Shown in pieces: positions 1 through 12,175 of a stretch of 64,000 nucleotides of DNA; the stretch's first letter is position 1, and each line of letters opens with the position of its first letter. A model generated the notes under the pieces. The model worked only from the letters and a program-made list of their open reading frames with translations. It was not told the origin of the DNA and made no database searches. Position numbers and translations under genes: made by a program. The DNA comes from Octopus vulgaris (taxonomy: Eukaryota). The stretch is from NCBI GenBank assembly GCA_951406725.2, contig OX597824.1:46376001-46440000 (forward strand), written 5' to 3'.

Positions 1-958
1 ACCATTCCATGTGTTGTAGCTTACTGCTATGCTCTTGATACCAATTCTTAACCACATGAGAGGTGTGTACTGGCGTATTGTCATCTTAGAAACTATACTC
101 ACCATCAGGGAATAATGTCTGGACAATGGGAAGGACTTGATTTCCCAAAATATTCAAATAATCATTGCTGTTGATCCTACCATGATTGGACCAAGGGAAT
201 TCCCAGAAATGAATACCCAAACCATCACGGACCCTCCTCTGTGCTTCACTGTACGAAGAAGGCAGTCAAGATTAAAAGCTTCTCCGGGCTGCCTCTACAC
301 ATAAACTCGCCCTGCAGTGGGGAAAAGAGAAAGACTGGATTCATCGGAGCCCTTGTGATCTCTACACCAGTTCAGCATTTTATGCATGTTTTGGTGAGAA
401 ATCAGAGGTTTTCTAATGGCGGCTCTTCCAAGATATCCGGTTTCATTGAGCGAAATTTTGGTCGAAACTGGGCTAGTCAAATGTTGATTCAACCCTGCAG
501 TCACTTTAGAGGCAGTTTTCCGATGATTTTTCATCATAATGCGATTCAACACACGTCGGTCTCTTTCAGTGAGCTTCGAAGTCCTGCTGGACTTATTCCT
601 CCTGCTGGAGGTTTTGCCCTGCTTCTCAAATTCAGTCATAGTCCTTGATATGATAGCTTTCGAAAAATCAAGTAGTTCAGCTGTTCTGGTGACGGAAGCT
701 CCTGCCATTCGAGCTCCAACAATTTGCTCTTTTTCGAACTCAGTGAGGTCACGCAACTTAGCTTAATTTATACTACGATCTACAAAATAAATAAAAAAAG
801 GAGATAGAAATAATCATTAAATTAGTTAAATAAAACCAGCTACAAAAACAGACAAACAAACAAAAACAATGAAATTTGGATGGATATTCGTAGTATAATG
901 GCACGTCGAAATATTGGAGTGAAATTTCTACTGTTCCAATTAATTTGTCTAATCACTG
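1..958 (-). mobile_element. Decayed Tc1-family DNA transposon (5' end and most of the transposase, running off the window start)
   Basis: ORF 295..756(-) MRDLTEFEKEQIVGARMAGASVTRTAELL...KLTERDRRVLNRI is a Tc1 paired-like HTH. A DES motif follows, and DDNTPVHTS..VKNW..LQHMEW is readable at 1-90(-) after frameshifts and a stop. Probable terminus CAGTG beside TA at about 958. Confidence 0.85.
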
Positions 959-979
959 TATATATACATACATATACAT

Positions 980-1045
<66 letters not shown>

Positions 1046-1046
1046 G

Positions 1047-1335
1047 AGCAAAACGCCGACCGTCCCATAGGCCTCCCCTTTAAGAAACACTGATTTACCC
1101 TAAATTTGAGACACCAGCAAAAGAAGAAATAAAGATAGACATTTTTTCTATTCCAAAGAATGCTTTATCGATCGCACTCTCACCTGGAATCGATTTTTGT
1201 AATTTTTTCAAAACGTATACACGCCCTGATACCGTCGGTATCTACATATCAAATTTGAGCGCAATCGGATGGCGGATGCCCGAGATCCTAGAAGACACAC
1301 ATGCAGACAGACAGAACGGATTTATATAATAGAAG
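1047..1335 (-). mobile_element. Non-autonomous Helitron-like repeat fragment
   Basis: The minus strand begins TCTTCTATTATATAAA..TCTGTCTGTCTG..CCGATTGCGCTCAAATTTG, the same 5' architecture as the Helitron at 53289. No 3' hairpin/CTAG found. Confidence 0.45.
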
Positions 1336-1659
1336 ACACACACACACACGCAGAGGTTCGCTGCGGATCAACAGTATAAATACAACATAATTAACGAAGT
1401 TTTCAGTACGAATTATTTGCTATTTCCAAGGAAATAACACGAAACTAAAATAGATATGGAAGTGAATAGCAGTGAATAACAAGTGCATAATAGCATCAAA
1501 TTCGAAAATTTTCACAAAGTTAAATCTAAACAGAAAAGACCTCCACCCGTCAAAAAGAAAGTGTCGTTAAGCTGATGAAAAGATATTTCCCTGACATCTA
1601 GCAGTTATTTCTAGCATTTTCTGGTGAGGGCTTGATACTTTTTCGTCTGCTCTGAAGAG

Positions 1660-2097
1660 TCTACGCATGCGCATATGTAGATCCCCCAACACGTTGGAAA
1701 GCGGGAAAGGGTAGGGAGAATCGACATGGGGTGTTTTGTTAGAAAATTTGAAATTAAAAACATTTTTTTAATCCAGATTCACAATCTTCGTATTTTTTGT
1801 AAAAAAAAAAAAAAAAGTGTAGGGAAGGGGAAAATTAAAAAAAAAAAAGCGTGTTTTATCAAAACCTGGGTGTTTTGTTTTTTTAATATTTTGGTTTAAG
1901 GTGTTTCCCGTTGCACGTCGTCTTATTTGAGAGAGTACCTCGGCTAATCTGAAAATATGTAATGCGGTGCATTTAAATACTGATAGGTAGTTGCTTCGAC
2001 ACTATTGTTTCTGCTCCATCGCCACCCTTTTAAATCTCTCGGCAGAGGTCGATTGTTAGCCCACTCCCATGTTTCTCATTTTGTGTCTCTTTACGAA
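1660..2097 (+). promoter_or_regulatory. Probable ABCD4 promoter / 5' region with an NRF1-type motif
   Basis: Locally CpG-retaining, apparently non-repeat DNA directly upstream of the exon-1 ATG. CGCATGCGCA at 1664-1673 matches the NRF1/Ewg consensus. The TSS cannot be seen from sequence. Confidence 0.5.
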
Positions 2098-2126
2098 ATG
2101 GATCATATTCAGAACAATACACAAAA
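2098..2126 (+). CDS. ABCD4: ABCD4 coding exon 1 (MDHIQNNTQ-K)
   Basis: ATG in GAAATGG context, 29 nt, consensus donor AA|GTAAGT. Phase 2 matches exon 2 and the recalled human intron-1 phase. Too short for homology support. Confidence 0.7.
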
Positions 2127-2700
2127 GTAAGTTTAATGCTGCTTATTCCCCGCGCTATTTTATGTTTATATACACATATTCGAGTAATCTTTCGGCTTAA
2201 TTCATTTCATTGTTATTCTTTGTTAAACTCTTTAATGCACATATTTCAATGAGTTGTTCACTTTACCGTCGCTATGTTTTCATATGTATTTCTAAAACTC
2301 TATACTAATAAATATTTTTTTTGACAATTTACTTGTGTAGTGGATATACTAAATATTATTTGGATGGAAATATTTACCCCCGTTTAAACGTGGATGTTCT
2401 GTTAAAACAAACTACACAGCGGTATATTAGCTTGTAATACAAAATGCATATGGAACAAAATATTATCTAAGATACCACGCTCTATCATTATTTGATATGC
2501 ATGCTTTATTACTGTTGTTTTGGCTGTTATTCGAGCGGTTTCTTAAATCTCGTCCAGCAAGTCTGGAGGTTCGTGTAGTTTTCGCTATCCATAGAAAAAG
2601 TCCAAAACGTCTGCCTTAATTTCCAGATGTAATATATATTAATGTCATATTTACCGATCACCTTTTTTTTTTTTGTTAAAAATTCGGCGAAGTTAATGAA

Positions 2701-2766
2701 TACGTACACCACCCGTTTTCGGCGTAACAAAAACCTAACCCTAACCTTAAACACCGGGTGTACGTA
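2701..2766. repeat. Short fold-back repeat with telomere-like (CCTAAC) loop, copy 1
   Basis: TACGTACACC...GGTGTACGTA inverted ends flanking AACCTAACCCTAACCTTAA. Shares CACCACCCGTTTTCGGCGTA with copy 2. Confidence 0.7.
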
Positions 2767-2938
2767 CTACCCGTTTGTGTGTGTTTTTAATGACACAATG
2801 TACACATTCTTATATTTATATGAAAAAGACAACAAAAAACAAAAAGAAAACAAACAATCGTGTATCCCTTACTTCAAGGACATAATTATGGTATCGAGTC
2901 AGTCTACAGACTAAGTTTACAAGGAATCTTTGGTGGAG

Positions 2939-3039
2939 GTAAAGAATATGCACACCACCCGTTTTCGGCGTAGCCCTAACTTAGCCTAACTCTAAACCTA
3001 ACCCTAACCTCCGAAGACAGTGGTGTGCGTATTCTTTAC
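2939..3039. repeat. Fold-back repeat with telomere-like loop, copy 2
   Basis: GTAAAGAATATGCACACCA pairs with TGGTGTGCGTATTCTTTAC (18/19), and the stem extends to about 29 bp. The loop is made of CCCTAA/CCTAAC variants. Confidence 0.75.
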
Positions 3040-4339
3040 TTTCGTTCTCAATTTGGAATAAAACGAGTGGAAAACGTGGAACAACATGCATTTCTGAGTG
3101 GAAAGAAAAATGTAGTTATATAAGTTAAAACATTAAATATTTAATGCAAAATAATGTTTTCTAATTTAAGTGCAAGACCAACCAGTTTTTAAAAGTGGGG
3201 TGGGGCGAAGAGTCAGTCGATGTTATTAACACTTGTTCCACACTTCGATTGATATTTTATTTTATTTTATCGATTCCAAATTGATGTACGGCAAACTGAC
3301 CCTAATAGTCCTATTATATAATGTTTTATGATTTAGCTTTTCGTTTGAAAATACTTGCAATTTTTTTCTTTTTTACCGAAGAGGTTTTTCCCATCGTTTT
3401 TAAGTATGTAGAGTAAAAAAATTGGCCAAAATCGGTCCTGGGAATCGTGGGTAGTGAAAAAAATCATTACTTTTCACAATTTTTCATAAAAAGTTACCCC
3501 CTTCCCATCCTCTCCAAGGCTGTGGGGGTGGGGGGAACTATGGAAAGAACTCCGTCAAAACAGAAAATCCAACGTATGTGGACGCCCGTATCAGAAACTC
3601 TGCCCACATGCAACTAGATGGTCACCCTTGTATGGGAGACTGAGGTCGCCCTCCCCCACCAACTTTGTTACTTCATAACTTTCAGAAAAATGGATATTTT
3701 TTAATGAAATCTTCTACAAATACCTTTCAGATTGGTTAGATTTATAGGAATTTAATGTGAAAATCAGAAAATCTGGTGGGTGCAAACACTTACATACTGA
3801 TACACATCACAATTTTTTCCAAAATTTCAAGTTTCCTTTTGTAGATATTATAGGTTGTCGTCAACTTACAACCTATCTCACTGACGGCCAATCGACTTTA
3901 TGATGATTGGTGCGCCAGCTCCTGGCAGCAATAATAAATAGTCCAGTTGAAATCTAATGGGTTTAATACCCATCCCTCCATCATTCTTCTAACCGTAGCA
4001 CTATTTACTCATCATCATCATCATTTAACGTCCACATTCCATGCTAGCATGGGTTGGACGATTTGACTGAAAATTTCCTAGAAATTAATCTGTCTACAGA
4101 TGATATCAGCTAACAAACGCTTACTCTTGGTTTGGTTATCAATCGCCACTGTGGTTATCCCAAGTGTTGCATTAATATCCTGTCGTGGAGACATTGAGGC
4201 AACCTCATTTGTTTATAAGACAACTGCTTGAGACACCTAAGCTTTTGACTAACTCCAGGCTTGATAGAGTGTGACTCTTCTGGTGACTCTGTGTGTCTTG
4301 TCTTTGATATTTAAAAAAAAAAAATATCCCCTAGAATGT

Positions 4340-5790
4340 CTACAAAGAGGAAATTGTCTTCATTTGCTCCTCAAACTGCCAAGAAGCAAATGAAGGCCAG
4401 CGACCTCAACACAGAAATGATGATGATTCGACAGTACGAAGGAAGAAAGAAAGTGAATGAGATCACACATGAACTGAAGTTATAACACTCTACTGTTTCG
4501 ACAATTTTGAAGGATAAAGAAAGGATTTGTGAAGCTGTGAAAGGTTCAACACCCGTGCGATCTACAGTTATAGCAAAGCAGCAGACTGGGCTCATTCATG
4601 AAATGGAAAAATTGCTACAAATTTGGATTGAAGATCAGATCCAAAAATGGAAACCATTAAGTCTTTTTACTGTGCAGTTGAAGGCCAATAATCTATTTCA
4701 GACTCTAAAGGAGCGTTCTGGAAAAGAATACAGTCAAGAATTTTTAGCAAGTACTGACTGGTTCGAAAAATTTAAAGAAAGATTCCTACTTTATTATGTT
4801 TGAGTGACTGGAGAAATGGTGAGTGCAGATGAGGAAGCAGTTGGTAAGTTTATTAGCTATTTGAACAAAATAATCATGGATGAAGGCTATCTAGCAGAGC
4901 AGATTTTTAACATGGATAATACAGGAGTGTTTTGGAAATATACCAGCACGCGCTTACATCAACAAGGAAGCCAAATGCATGCCTGGATTTAAAGCATTTA
5001 ATGACAAGCTGACTCTACTGCTTGGTGGGAACATTGCAGGGTTTAAGCTGAAACCTTTTTTAATTTACCACTCAGAAAACACGCGTGCATTGAAGAATGT
5101 AGATAAGCTCACATTACTTGTCTACTTTTGTTCTTAGCCTAAAGCTTGGATGACACGAAGACTACTTGAAAATTGGTTTCTGAATTGTTTTATTCCTCTA
5201 GTTTGTGGATATTGTTTGGCGAGAGGAATTCCTTTCAAGATTTTATTGCTTCTGGATAATGCACCTGGACATCCATCTCATCTATTGGATCTTTGTTCCA
5301 ATGTGAAAGTGGTGTCTGGAAAATGCTTTGTTGACACTGCTGATGGATTTAATAGTGAACATGAACTAGAAATGGGAAAGACTGGCTAAAGACCTTTCTC
5401 TAGAGTATGAAGTGGAAGATATTGAAGATTTGCTAGACCAAAAATCTGAAGAACTTACAAATGAAGAGCTTATTGAATAAGAAAAAGAATGCATGGAGGA
5501 AGAAAAGAAGGAAGTGGAGAAAGACGAGGAGGTGCCAGAAAGGAGTTTCACTACAAAAGAATTATCAGAAGGTTTATTTCAACTGAATAAACTTCTTGCA
5601 CACTTTGAAGTAATGGACCCAAACATTGAACTATTTGCAAGGATTGAATGGATGGCACATGATGTGTTTTGTCCATATTGTGAAATTTATGAATAGAAAA
5701 AGAAATAAGACAAATCTCACCATGTTTATCAAGCTATCAACTCCGGCTACAACTGTTGCCTCAGCATACGATATTGAAGATCCACAGCCA
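4340..5790 (+). mobile_element. Decayed Tigger/pogo transposase (TIGD1-like: CENP-B HTH + DDE_1)
   Basis: [67 protein letters not shown]. Many stops and frameshifts. Boundaries approximate. Confidence 0.9.
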
Positions 5791-5801
5791 ACTCCAGTCT
5801 A

Positions 5802-6106
5802 GTGGAGGCACATGGCCTAGTGGTTAGAGTAGTGGACTCGTGGTCGAGGGATCGCGGGTTCAAATCTCAGACCAGGTGATGTGTGCGTTTATGAGCAAAA
5901 CACCTAAGCTCCACGCGGCTCCAGCAGAAGGTAATGGGGAACTTCTGCTGATTCTTTCGCCACAACTTTCTCTCACTCTTTCCTCCTGCATCTTGCATCT
6001 CACCTGCAACGGACCAGCATCCCTTCCAGGTGGAGAACCTATACACCAAGGAAACTGGGAAACTGGCCCTTATGAGCCAGACATGACTCGAGAAGGAACA
6101 AACAAG
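5802..6106 (+). mobile_element. tRNA-derived SINE with 10-bp TSD
   Basis: A box TGGCCTAGTGG, B box GGTTCAAATC, (AACA)n tail. CTCCAGTCTA is duplicated at 5792-5801 and 6107-6116. Confidence 0.9.
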
Positions 6107-7500
6107 CTCCAGTCTACAACAAATTTTTATGCAAGTTTTGCAACTGTTTCTTAACACTACATTGTGTATTTCTTGTGTTTGCATTCCTTGGTACTTTTCT
6201 AAGTACAAATAATACTGTTGTAGTATAATACAGAATGCTGTGTGTGACTTTTACCTGAGAATATACCTTAAGAATGTAAAAATCTAAAACAAAGCTATGC
6301 AGGCCTTATAGGCTGACTTATGAGCAATCAGTTGGAATTAATTGTAGTCATAAGTTGATGATGACCTATATATACGTGATGTGTGTCATTATGTATGTGA
6401 CATGCCTACCATTTTTTAAACATTTTAAAAATTGTAATGTACAACATCTGAATGGTATTTGCAGAAAATTGCATTAAAAAATATTTATTTTTCTGAAAGT
6501 TATGAGAAAACAAAGTGAGGCTGGGGAGGGACACATTTCTAGGCAAGCATGGTGTCCTTACTCTTCTTGGTTGAATTCAAAAGTGAGTTTCTAACATATT
6601 TGGTCCTGGTGAGCTAGCTTAATCATTAGTGCACTGGTAAAAGTGCTTTGCAGAATTTACAGTTCTTTTTGTTCTGGGTTCAAATCTTGTCAGGGTCATC
6701 TTTTGTCTTTCATCCCTCTGGGTTCAATAAAATAAAGTAACCATCAAGTACTGGGCTGATGGTGTTGATTAACCCTGTCCCTCAAAATTGCTGATTATAT
6801 GCTTAAATTAGAAACCAATGATATATGTGTGTGTGTTTGATAAGAAGCTCCGTTCCCAACTATATGGCTTCAGGTTCAATCCCACTGCATGGTACCTTGG
6901 GAAAGTATCTTCTACTATAGCCTTGGGCTGACCAAAGTCTTGTAAATAGACTTAGTAGATAGAAACTGTTGTAACGTCCACTCTGGTATAGCAGTGTAGT
7001 TAGTTAGATAAGTAAGACACAACTATGTATGACCAACTTTGCCGACTTCTCGACAACTCGACTTCCTACATTACAGTATTTGTAATGACAAGCACATACC
7101 ACTTGACATGTGGGTGGGGTGTTCCATTATTATTATTATCCCCATAACATCTCCCCTTTTAAGATTTATTATTTCTCAGGGAGGGTAATTTTATTTCTTT
7201 TTATTAACAATAATTTTTACATCACCCCACCTCTCTTTTTTGAGTTTTTTTCTTTTTTATATACAGTTGCAAATTTAATGTTTTTCATTTGGCATCCACT
7301 TCCAGGAACTCTGTACATTTTCTGTTGTTTGTGTGTCTGGATTCCATTATTTTTAGTGACATTGGTAATTGAAAATTACCAAGTATAGCATTTTCCTATG
7401 TGTTTGGTAATCATGCTGTCTTTCCAACTTTGTTTTCCATTCTTATATGCCCTAACAAATACATTTTCATCAATTTTGAAACATTTTGCTGTATTATCCA

Positions 7501-7878
7501 TTACTCTTTTACTTGTTTCAGTCATTTGACTGTGACCATGCTGGAGCACCGCCTTTAGTCAAGCAAATCGACCCCTGGACTTTGTAAGCCTAGTACTTAT
7601 TCTATCGGTCTCTTTTGCCGAACCGTCAGGTTATGGTGACGTAAACACACCAGCATCGGTTGTCAAGCAATGTTGAGAGGACAAACACAGACACACAAAC
7701 ATATACACATATATACAATGGGCTTCTTTTAGTCTCAGTCTACCAAATCCACTCACAAGGCTTTGGTCACCCCTAGGCTATAGTAGAAGACACTTCCCCA
7801 AGGTGCCACGCAATGAGACTGAACCCAGAACTATGTGGTTGGTAAACAAGCTACTTACCACGCAGCCACTCCTGCACC
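7501..7878 (-). mobile_element. Abundant octopus-type tRNA-derived SINE (other copies near 11691-12109, 34531-34716, 44491-44655, 44770-44928, 51435-51592, 55066-55400)
   Basis: Head GGTGCAGGAGTGGCTG.GTGGTAAG..GGGTTCAGTC, CORE-like GCACCTTGGG.AAGTGTCTT, internal (TG/TA)n and tail CAGTCAAATGACTGAAACAAGTAAAAGA. Multiple copies in the window. Confidence 0.85.
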
Positions 7879-10078
7879 ATTGCAACTTTTCTTTTCTTAC
7901 TTAGTAGCAATTTGTTGAAGACTGATTTTATTTTCCTCGCAAACATCAGCTCTGCTGGTGTGTTTGGATTTGTCGTCACTCGGTATAACTCTTAGGAATT
8001 GTTGTAGAGCTACCTCATCCATGACTTACTTATTCGACTTTCTTTGGGCTCTCTTGAATGTATCAATAAAGCATTGTGCTTGTCTGTTAGATCTGGGATG
8101 GTGTGGCACAGTAGTTACATGTTCTACAGTGAACATTTTACAAAACTTTTTTAAACTCAGAAGACACAAATTGCATTCCATTATCAGACACTATAGTGTT
8201 TGGGATGCCAAATCTCGCAAACAGCTCATGTACAAAGTTTGTTGTAGTTGAGGAGGTTGGCTTTTTACACTTAAAAATTTCTGGTCATTTAGAGAAACTA
8301 TCTACTACCACTAAGTAGTATGAACTGTTTAAGGGATCAGTGAAATCAGTGTGTAGTCTCAACCATGGAACATTCACTTTTGGCCAAGTTTCACTTTTTA
8401 TCGTTGGTAATTTTGCTGCTAGAGTACATCCTCTGCAGCCTTTCACTAAATTTTCAATTTCTCCATCCATTTTTGGCCAGTACACATAGCTATGCATTAA
8501 AGCTTTCATCCTTGAAATACCAGGATGTCCAACATGGAATTCCCTCAACATTCTCTTTTGTAGTGTTTCAGGTATTATTACTCTCTGTGCATATATCAGC
8601 ACACTATCACAAATTGAGTATCGGTTCATGTCTTGATTTCGTTTTGCACCAATCCTGTTCCCATTTACTTTTCTTGTCTACAGTATTCTTTTCATTTCTG
8701 TTATGAATTTGTCCTTTTCTGCATTTCATGTTATGTCTTCTAGATTCATTGATAATTCATGTACCACATTCCACATTACATTTTAAAATTCTTCTTTTGA
8801 TCTTAATGATGCAATTACCACATCTTCAAATGGCTTGCAGTGTTTTGCTATCAGTCTGGTCAAACCGTCCACATACCCTAGTTCATTTGACAGTAAATAT
8901 TCTATTTTGAAATCATAATTTAATAACATAGTGCCGCATTGCTGTAGGTTGTTTTCTGTGTGTTGGTATTCATTTTTTATAATTGAATATTGACAGTAGT
9001 GGACTATGATCTGTTTGATGACAGAAACTTCTTCCATGAATAAATCTATGGAATTTTTTTTACACCTAATATAATTTCTAGTGCTTCCTTTTCTATTTGG
9101 CTGTAGTTCTTTTCTGCTGGTAATAACAACTGAGACACATGGGCTGTAGCCTTTTTACTCCCATCATCATATTTGTGCAAAAGCACTGCTGCTGCACCAT
9201 AATCACTCGCATCTGTAGCCAATATAATTTCCAGCTTTGGATCAAGATGTGTTAACAATAAGTTTGATGTTAAAATATTTTTTAATGCGTCAAATTCCTT
9301 CTGGCACTTATCAGTCCAGCACCATTGTGCATTTTTCTGGAACAAATTATTTAACGGGGCCCTTACATTGTGTATATTGGGAATATAAATTTGGTTATTT
9401 ACTAATCCCAAAAATGCTTGTTTTATAGTCACATTATTTGGCGTGGGTATATTTTTTATCATAGCTGCTTTTGATGGATCCAGCTTCCATCTGTTTTTAT
9501 CTATTGTCTGGCCTTAGTAGTTAACTGTTTTCAGAAAGACTCGCATTTTTCTTCACTTAGCTTAAAGCTGTATTCTCTTATCTTTTCGAATACGTTTATT
9601 ATATGTTCTACATCTTTGTATGATTCACTTTTTATTAGGATATCGTCTAAATAGTTGATAGCAAAATATCAGTCCGCCAGCATTGTACCTTGTTGAAATG
9701 TGGAAGGAGCCACTTTTACACTGAAGGGAGGCCACTTAAATTTAAATAAGTTACGATGTATGTTAATGGCTAATAAGCTTTCTTCTACTTGGATTTTTAA
9801 GTATGCCTTCGAGAGGTCTAATTTTGAGAAGAATTTCCTTCCATTCAATTTTGTGAACACTTCCTCAGTACTCAGCAATGGGTAGTTATGTGAGCTTAAG
9901 CAATCATTTAAACCTGTTGAAAAATCTGCACAAACTCATTACTTATTATTTTTCCTTTTTACATAGGACATAGGGTGTTGCCCAAGCTGAGTGGTCCATC
10001 TTCTCGATTATTTATAGGCTTTCAAGTCTTTCAAGTTCTTTATTTACCTGTTCTTGTGCTGCGAATGGTACATTACAT

Positions 10079-10311
10079 AAGGCGGCGAGCTGGCAGAAAC
10101 GTTAGCACGCCGGGCGAAATGCGTAGCCGTATTTCGTCTGTCGTTACGTTCTGAGTTCAAATTCCGCCGAGGTCGACTTTGCCTTTCATCCTTTCGGGGT
10201 CGATAAATTAAGTACCAGTTACGCACTGGGGTCGATGTAATCGATTTAATACCTATGTCTGTCCTTGTTTGTCCCCTCTGTCTTTAGCCCCTTGTGGGTA
10301 ATAAAGAAATA
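10079..10311 (+). mobile_element. Young tRNA-derived SINE with Nin/Deu-like central domain and 12-bp TSD
   Basis: GAGCTGGCAGAA..GAGTTCAAATTCC boxes and GCCTTTCATCCTTTCGGGGTCGATAAATTAAGTACC domain. GGTACATTACAT is duplicated at 10067-10078 and 10312-10323. CpGs retained. Confidence 0.88.
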
Positions 10312-12175
10312 GGTACATTACATTTTGGCTTAAATACAGGGGTTGCACTTTGTTTTACTACAATTTTTGCCTTCATTTTCATGCAGCAACCCAGTTCATC
10401 CAAGAAGACATCTGGGAATGAATGTTTTATTTTTTGTTCCAATCCCTCAGCCGCATTTGAACCTTCAACTGAACTGACTGTATTCCCACACAAAACACTT
10501 ATAGGTGTATTCCACAATTTGAACAATTCCATCCACTCTGTATTGAACAAAGTTACTGAATTTTTGAACACATATACTTTTGCCGTTTTCATTTGGTCAT
10601 GAAATGTCACATTACATGCAAATTCACCTACAAAATATAATTTTTTACCCGTAATACCGTGTGTAACACTTTTATAGATTTACTTAATTTTGGCTTACCG
10701 AAATACGTTCAAGTCTCTTCATCCATAATGGTAATATCACTTCCTATGTCTAACTGCATTTTTATTCTTATATTTTCCATTTTCACATTTACGAATGTCC
10801 CCTTTGCCACATTGTCATTTTCTTTTGATGACACCTTGTTTACTCTTTTTCCTTTGTTCCAACGTTTTATCAACTTGGTTTTACAGTGCAATTTTACCTG
10901 CCCAATTTTTCCACAACAGAAACATTCCACTTTCTTAAATGGGCATTTTTTTTTCCAGGCATAGACCTCCACATGTAAAACATGGGTTTATTTCCTGACT
11001 TTTATCCTGTTTGTACTGTATTTTAGTACACACTTGATTTCTATTCTGCCTGTTTTGTATTTTCCAACGCATTTGTTTCACTTGGGAGCAATCTTTTTGT
11101 TCAATTTTCTCTGTTGTGCCTTAGATTTACTATTCTTTCACACTCTTCTGACACTTGTAAGGTTGTAAGGTTACATCTTGGTTTTGTTCCAGCTTTGCGA
11201 GAATTCTTGTTCTTATTTCTGTGTCTTTTTCTGCAATTAATCCCTGAGTAAATATCAGGCACTTGAACATGTCGGGCATTAACTTGTTCTGTTTGAACTT
11301 TTCGCCTTCTCTGTTAAAGCTACCAGCATATGTGATACAGTCCTCCTTGTTCTTTTCTAGGTTCAAACATTTCCAGTATGTATTGAACAATGAGTTTTTC
11401 TCACTAAAAATTTTACACAATATGTCTATTGTATTTCTAAAGTTAATGTCAGAAGGTTTTTTCAGGAGTATGTAATTGCTGTAACACTCATGTTCTCCTG
11501 CTGCCAGTTTTCTTAGGATTAGATGTGTTTCACATTGTCATCCCAATCATTGCCCTCTTTATTGAAGATCTGTTCATATCTTCTATAGTACATCTTAAAG
11601 GTAACTCTTTCATCTGGTTCATACTTAAATTCCATTATTGAGTTTGCAACATAATTTGGCGAGAACATCTTTTCAGCATTTTTGGACAACTTACTCTTTT
11701 AATCTTTTCAGTCATTTGACTGCAGCCATGCTGGAGCACTGCCTTTGTTTTTTAGTTGAGCAAATTGATCCCTGGATTTATTCTTTGTAAGCCTAGTACT
11801 TATTCTATCGGTCTCTTTTGCCGAACTGCTAAGTTACAGGGACGTAAACACACCAGTATTTGATGTCAAGCGATGTTGGAGGGACACACACTGACACACA
11901 AACATATACACACACATACATATATATATATATACATACATATATACGACGGGCTTCTTTCAGTTTCCATCTACCAAACCCACTCACAAGGCTTTGGTCG
12001 TCCTGAGGTTATAGTAGAAGACACTTGCCTAAGGTGCCATGCAGTGGGACTGAACCCGGAACCATGTAGTTGGTAAGCAAGCTACTTACCATACAGCCAC
12101 TTCTGCACCTATGTACTATTCATTAATTACAGCATTTGTTGCTGTAATTGTAATTGCTGTTGTTGTTGCTGTTTT

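Larger units (their letters stand above)
6970..12175 (-). mobile_element. Decayed Ty3/Gypsy LTR retrotransposon (gag-PR-RT-RNaseH-INT and 3' LTR), interrupted by three SINEs
   Basis: On the minus strand: gag with CFCCGKIGQ knuckle; protease LDIGSDITIM; RT FSKLDLSKAY..F..APSTFQ; RNase H LATDASDYG..NYSQIEKEAL; integrase H..HPG..C..C and WLRLHTDF. PPT AAAAGGGGAGA (7150-7160) precedes a TGT..ACA LTR at 7149-6970. Confidence 0.93.

Noticed and set aside
880-1083. YIYIYI / VCVC / HTHT ORFs here and throughout the ORF track
   Set aside because: Products of (TA)n, (TG)n and (CA)n microsatellites.
1540-1597. Minus-strand ATG frame MSGKYLFISLTTLSF-TGA-RVE, considered as a selenoprotein first exon
   Set aside because: No selenoprotein motif recognised, no SECIS visible and a weak donor. 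Most likely a chance short ORF.
4340-5790. Domesticated TIGD/POGK-type host genes (also 26560-27900)
   Set aside because: Multiple stops and frameshifts, a SINE insertion beside the first and TIRs around the second indicate dead transposons.
5802-5880. tRNA genes (also the heads at 10079, 33219 and 60015)
   Set aside because: The tRNA-like heads continue into SINE bodies, two of them with TSDs, and the cloverleafs are broken.
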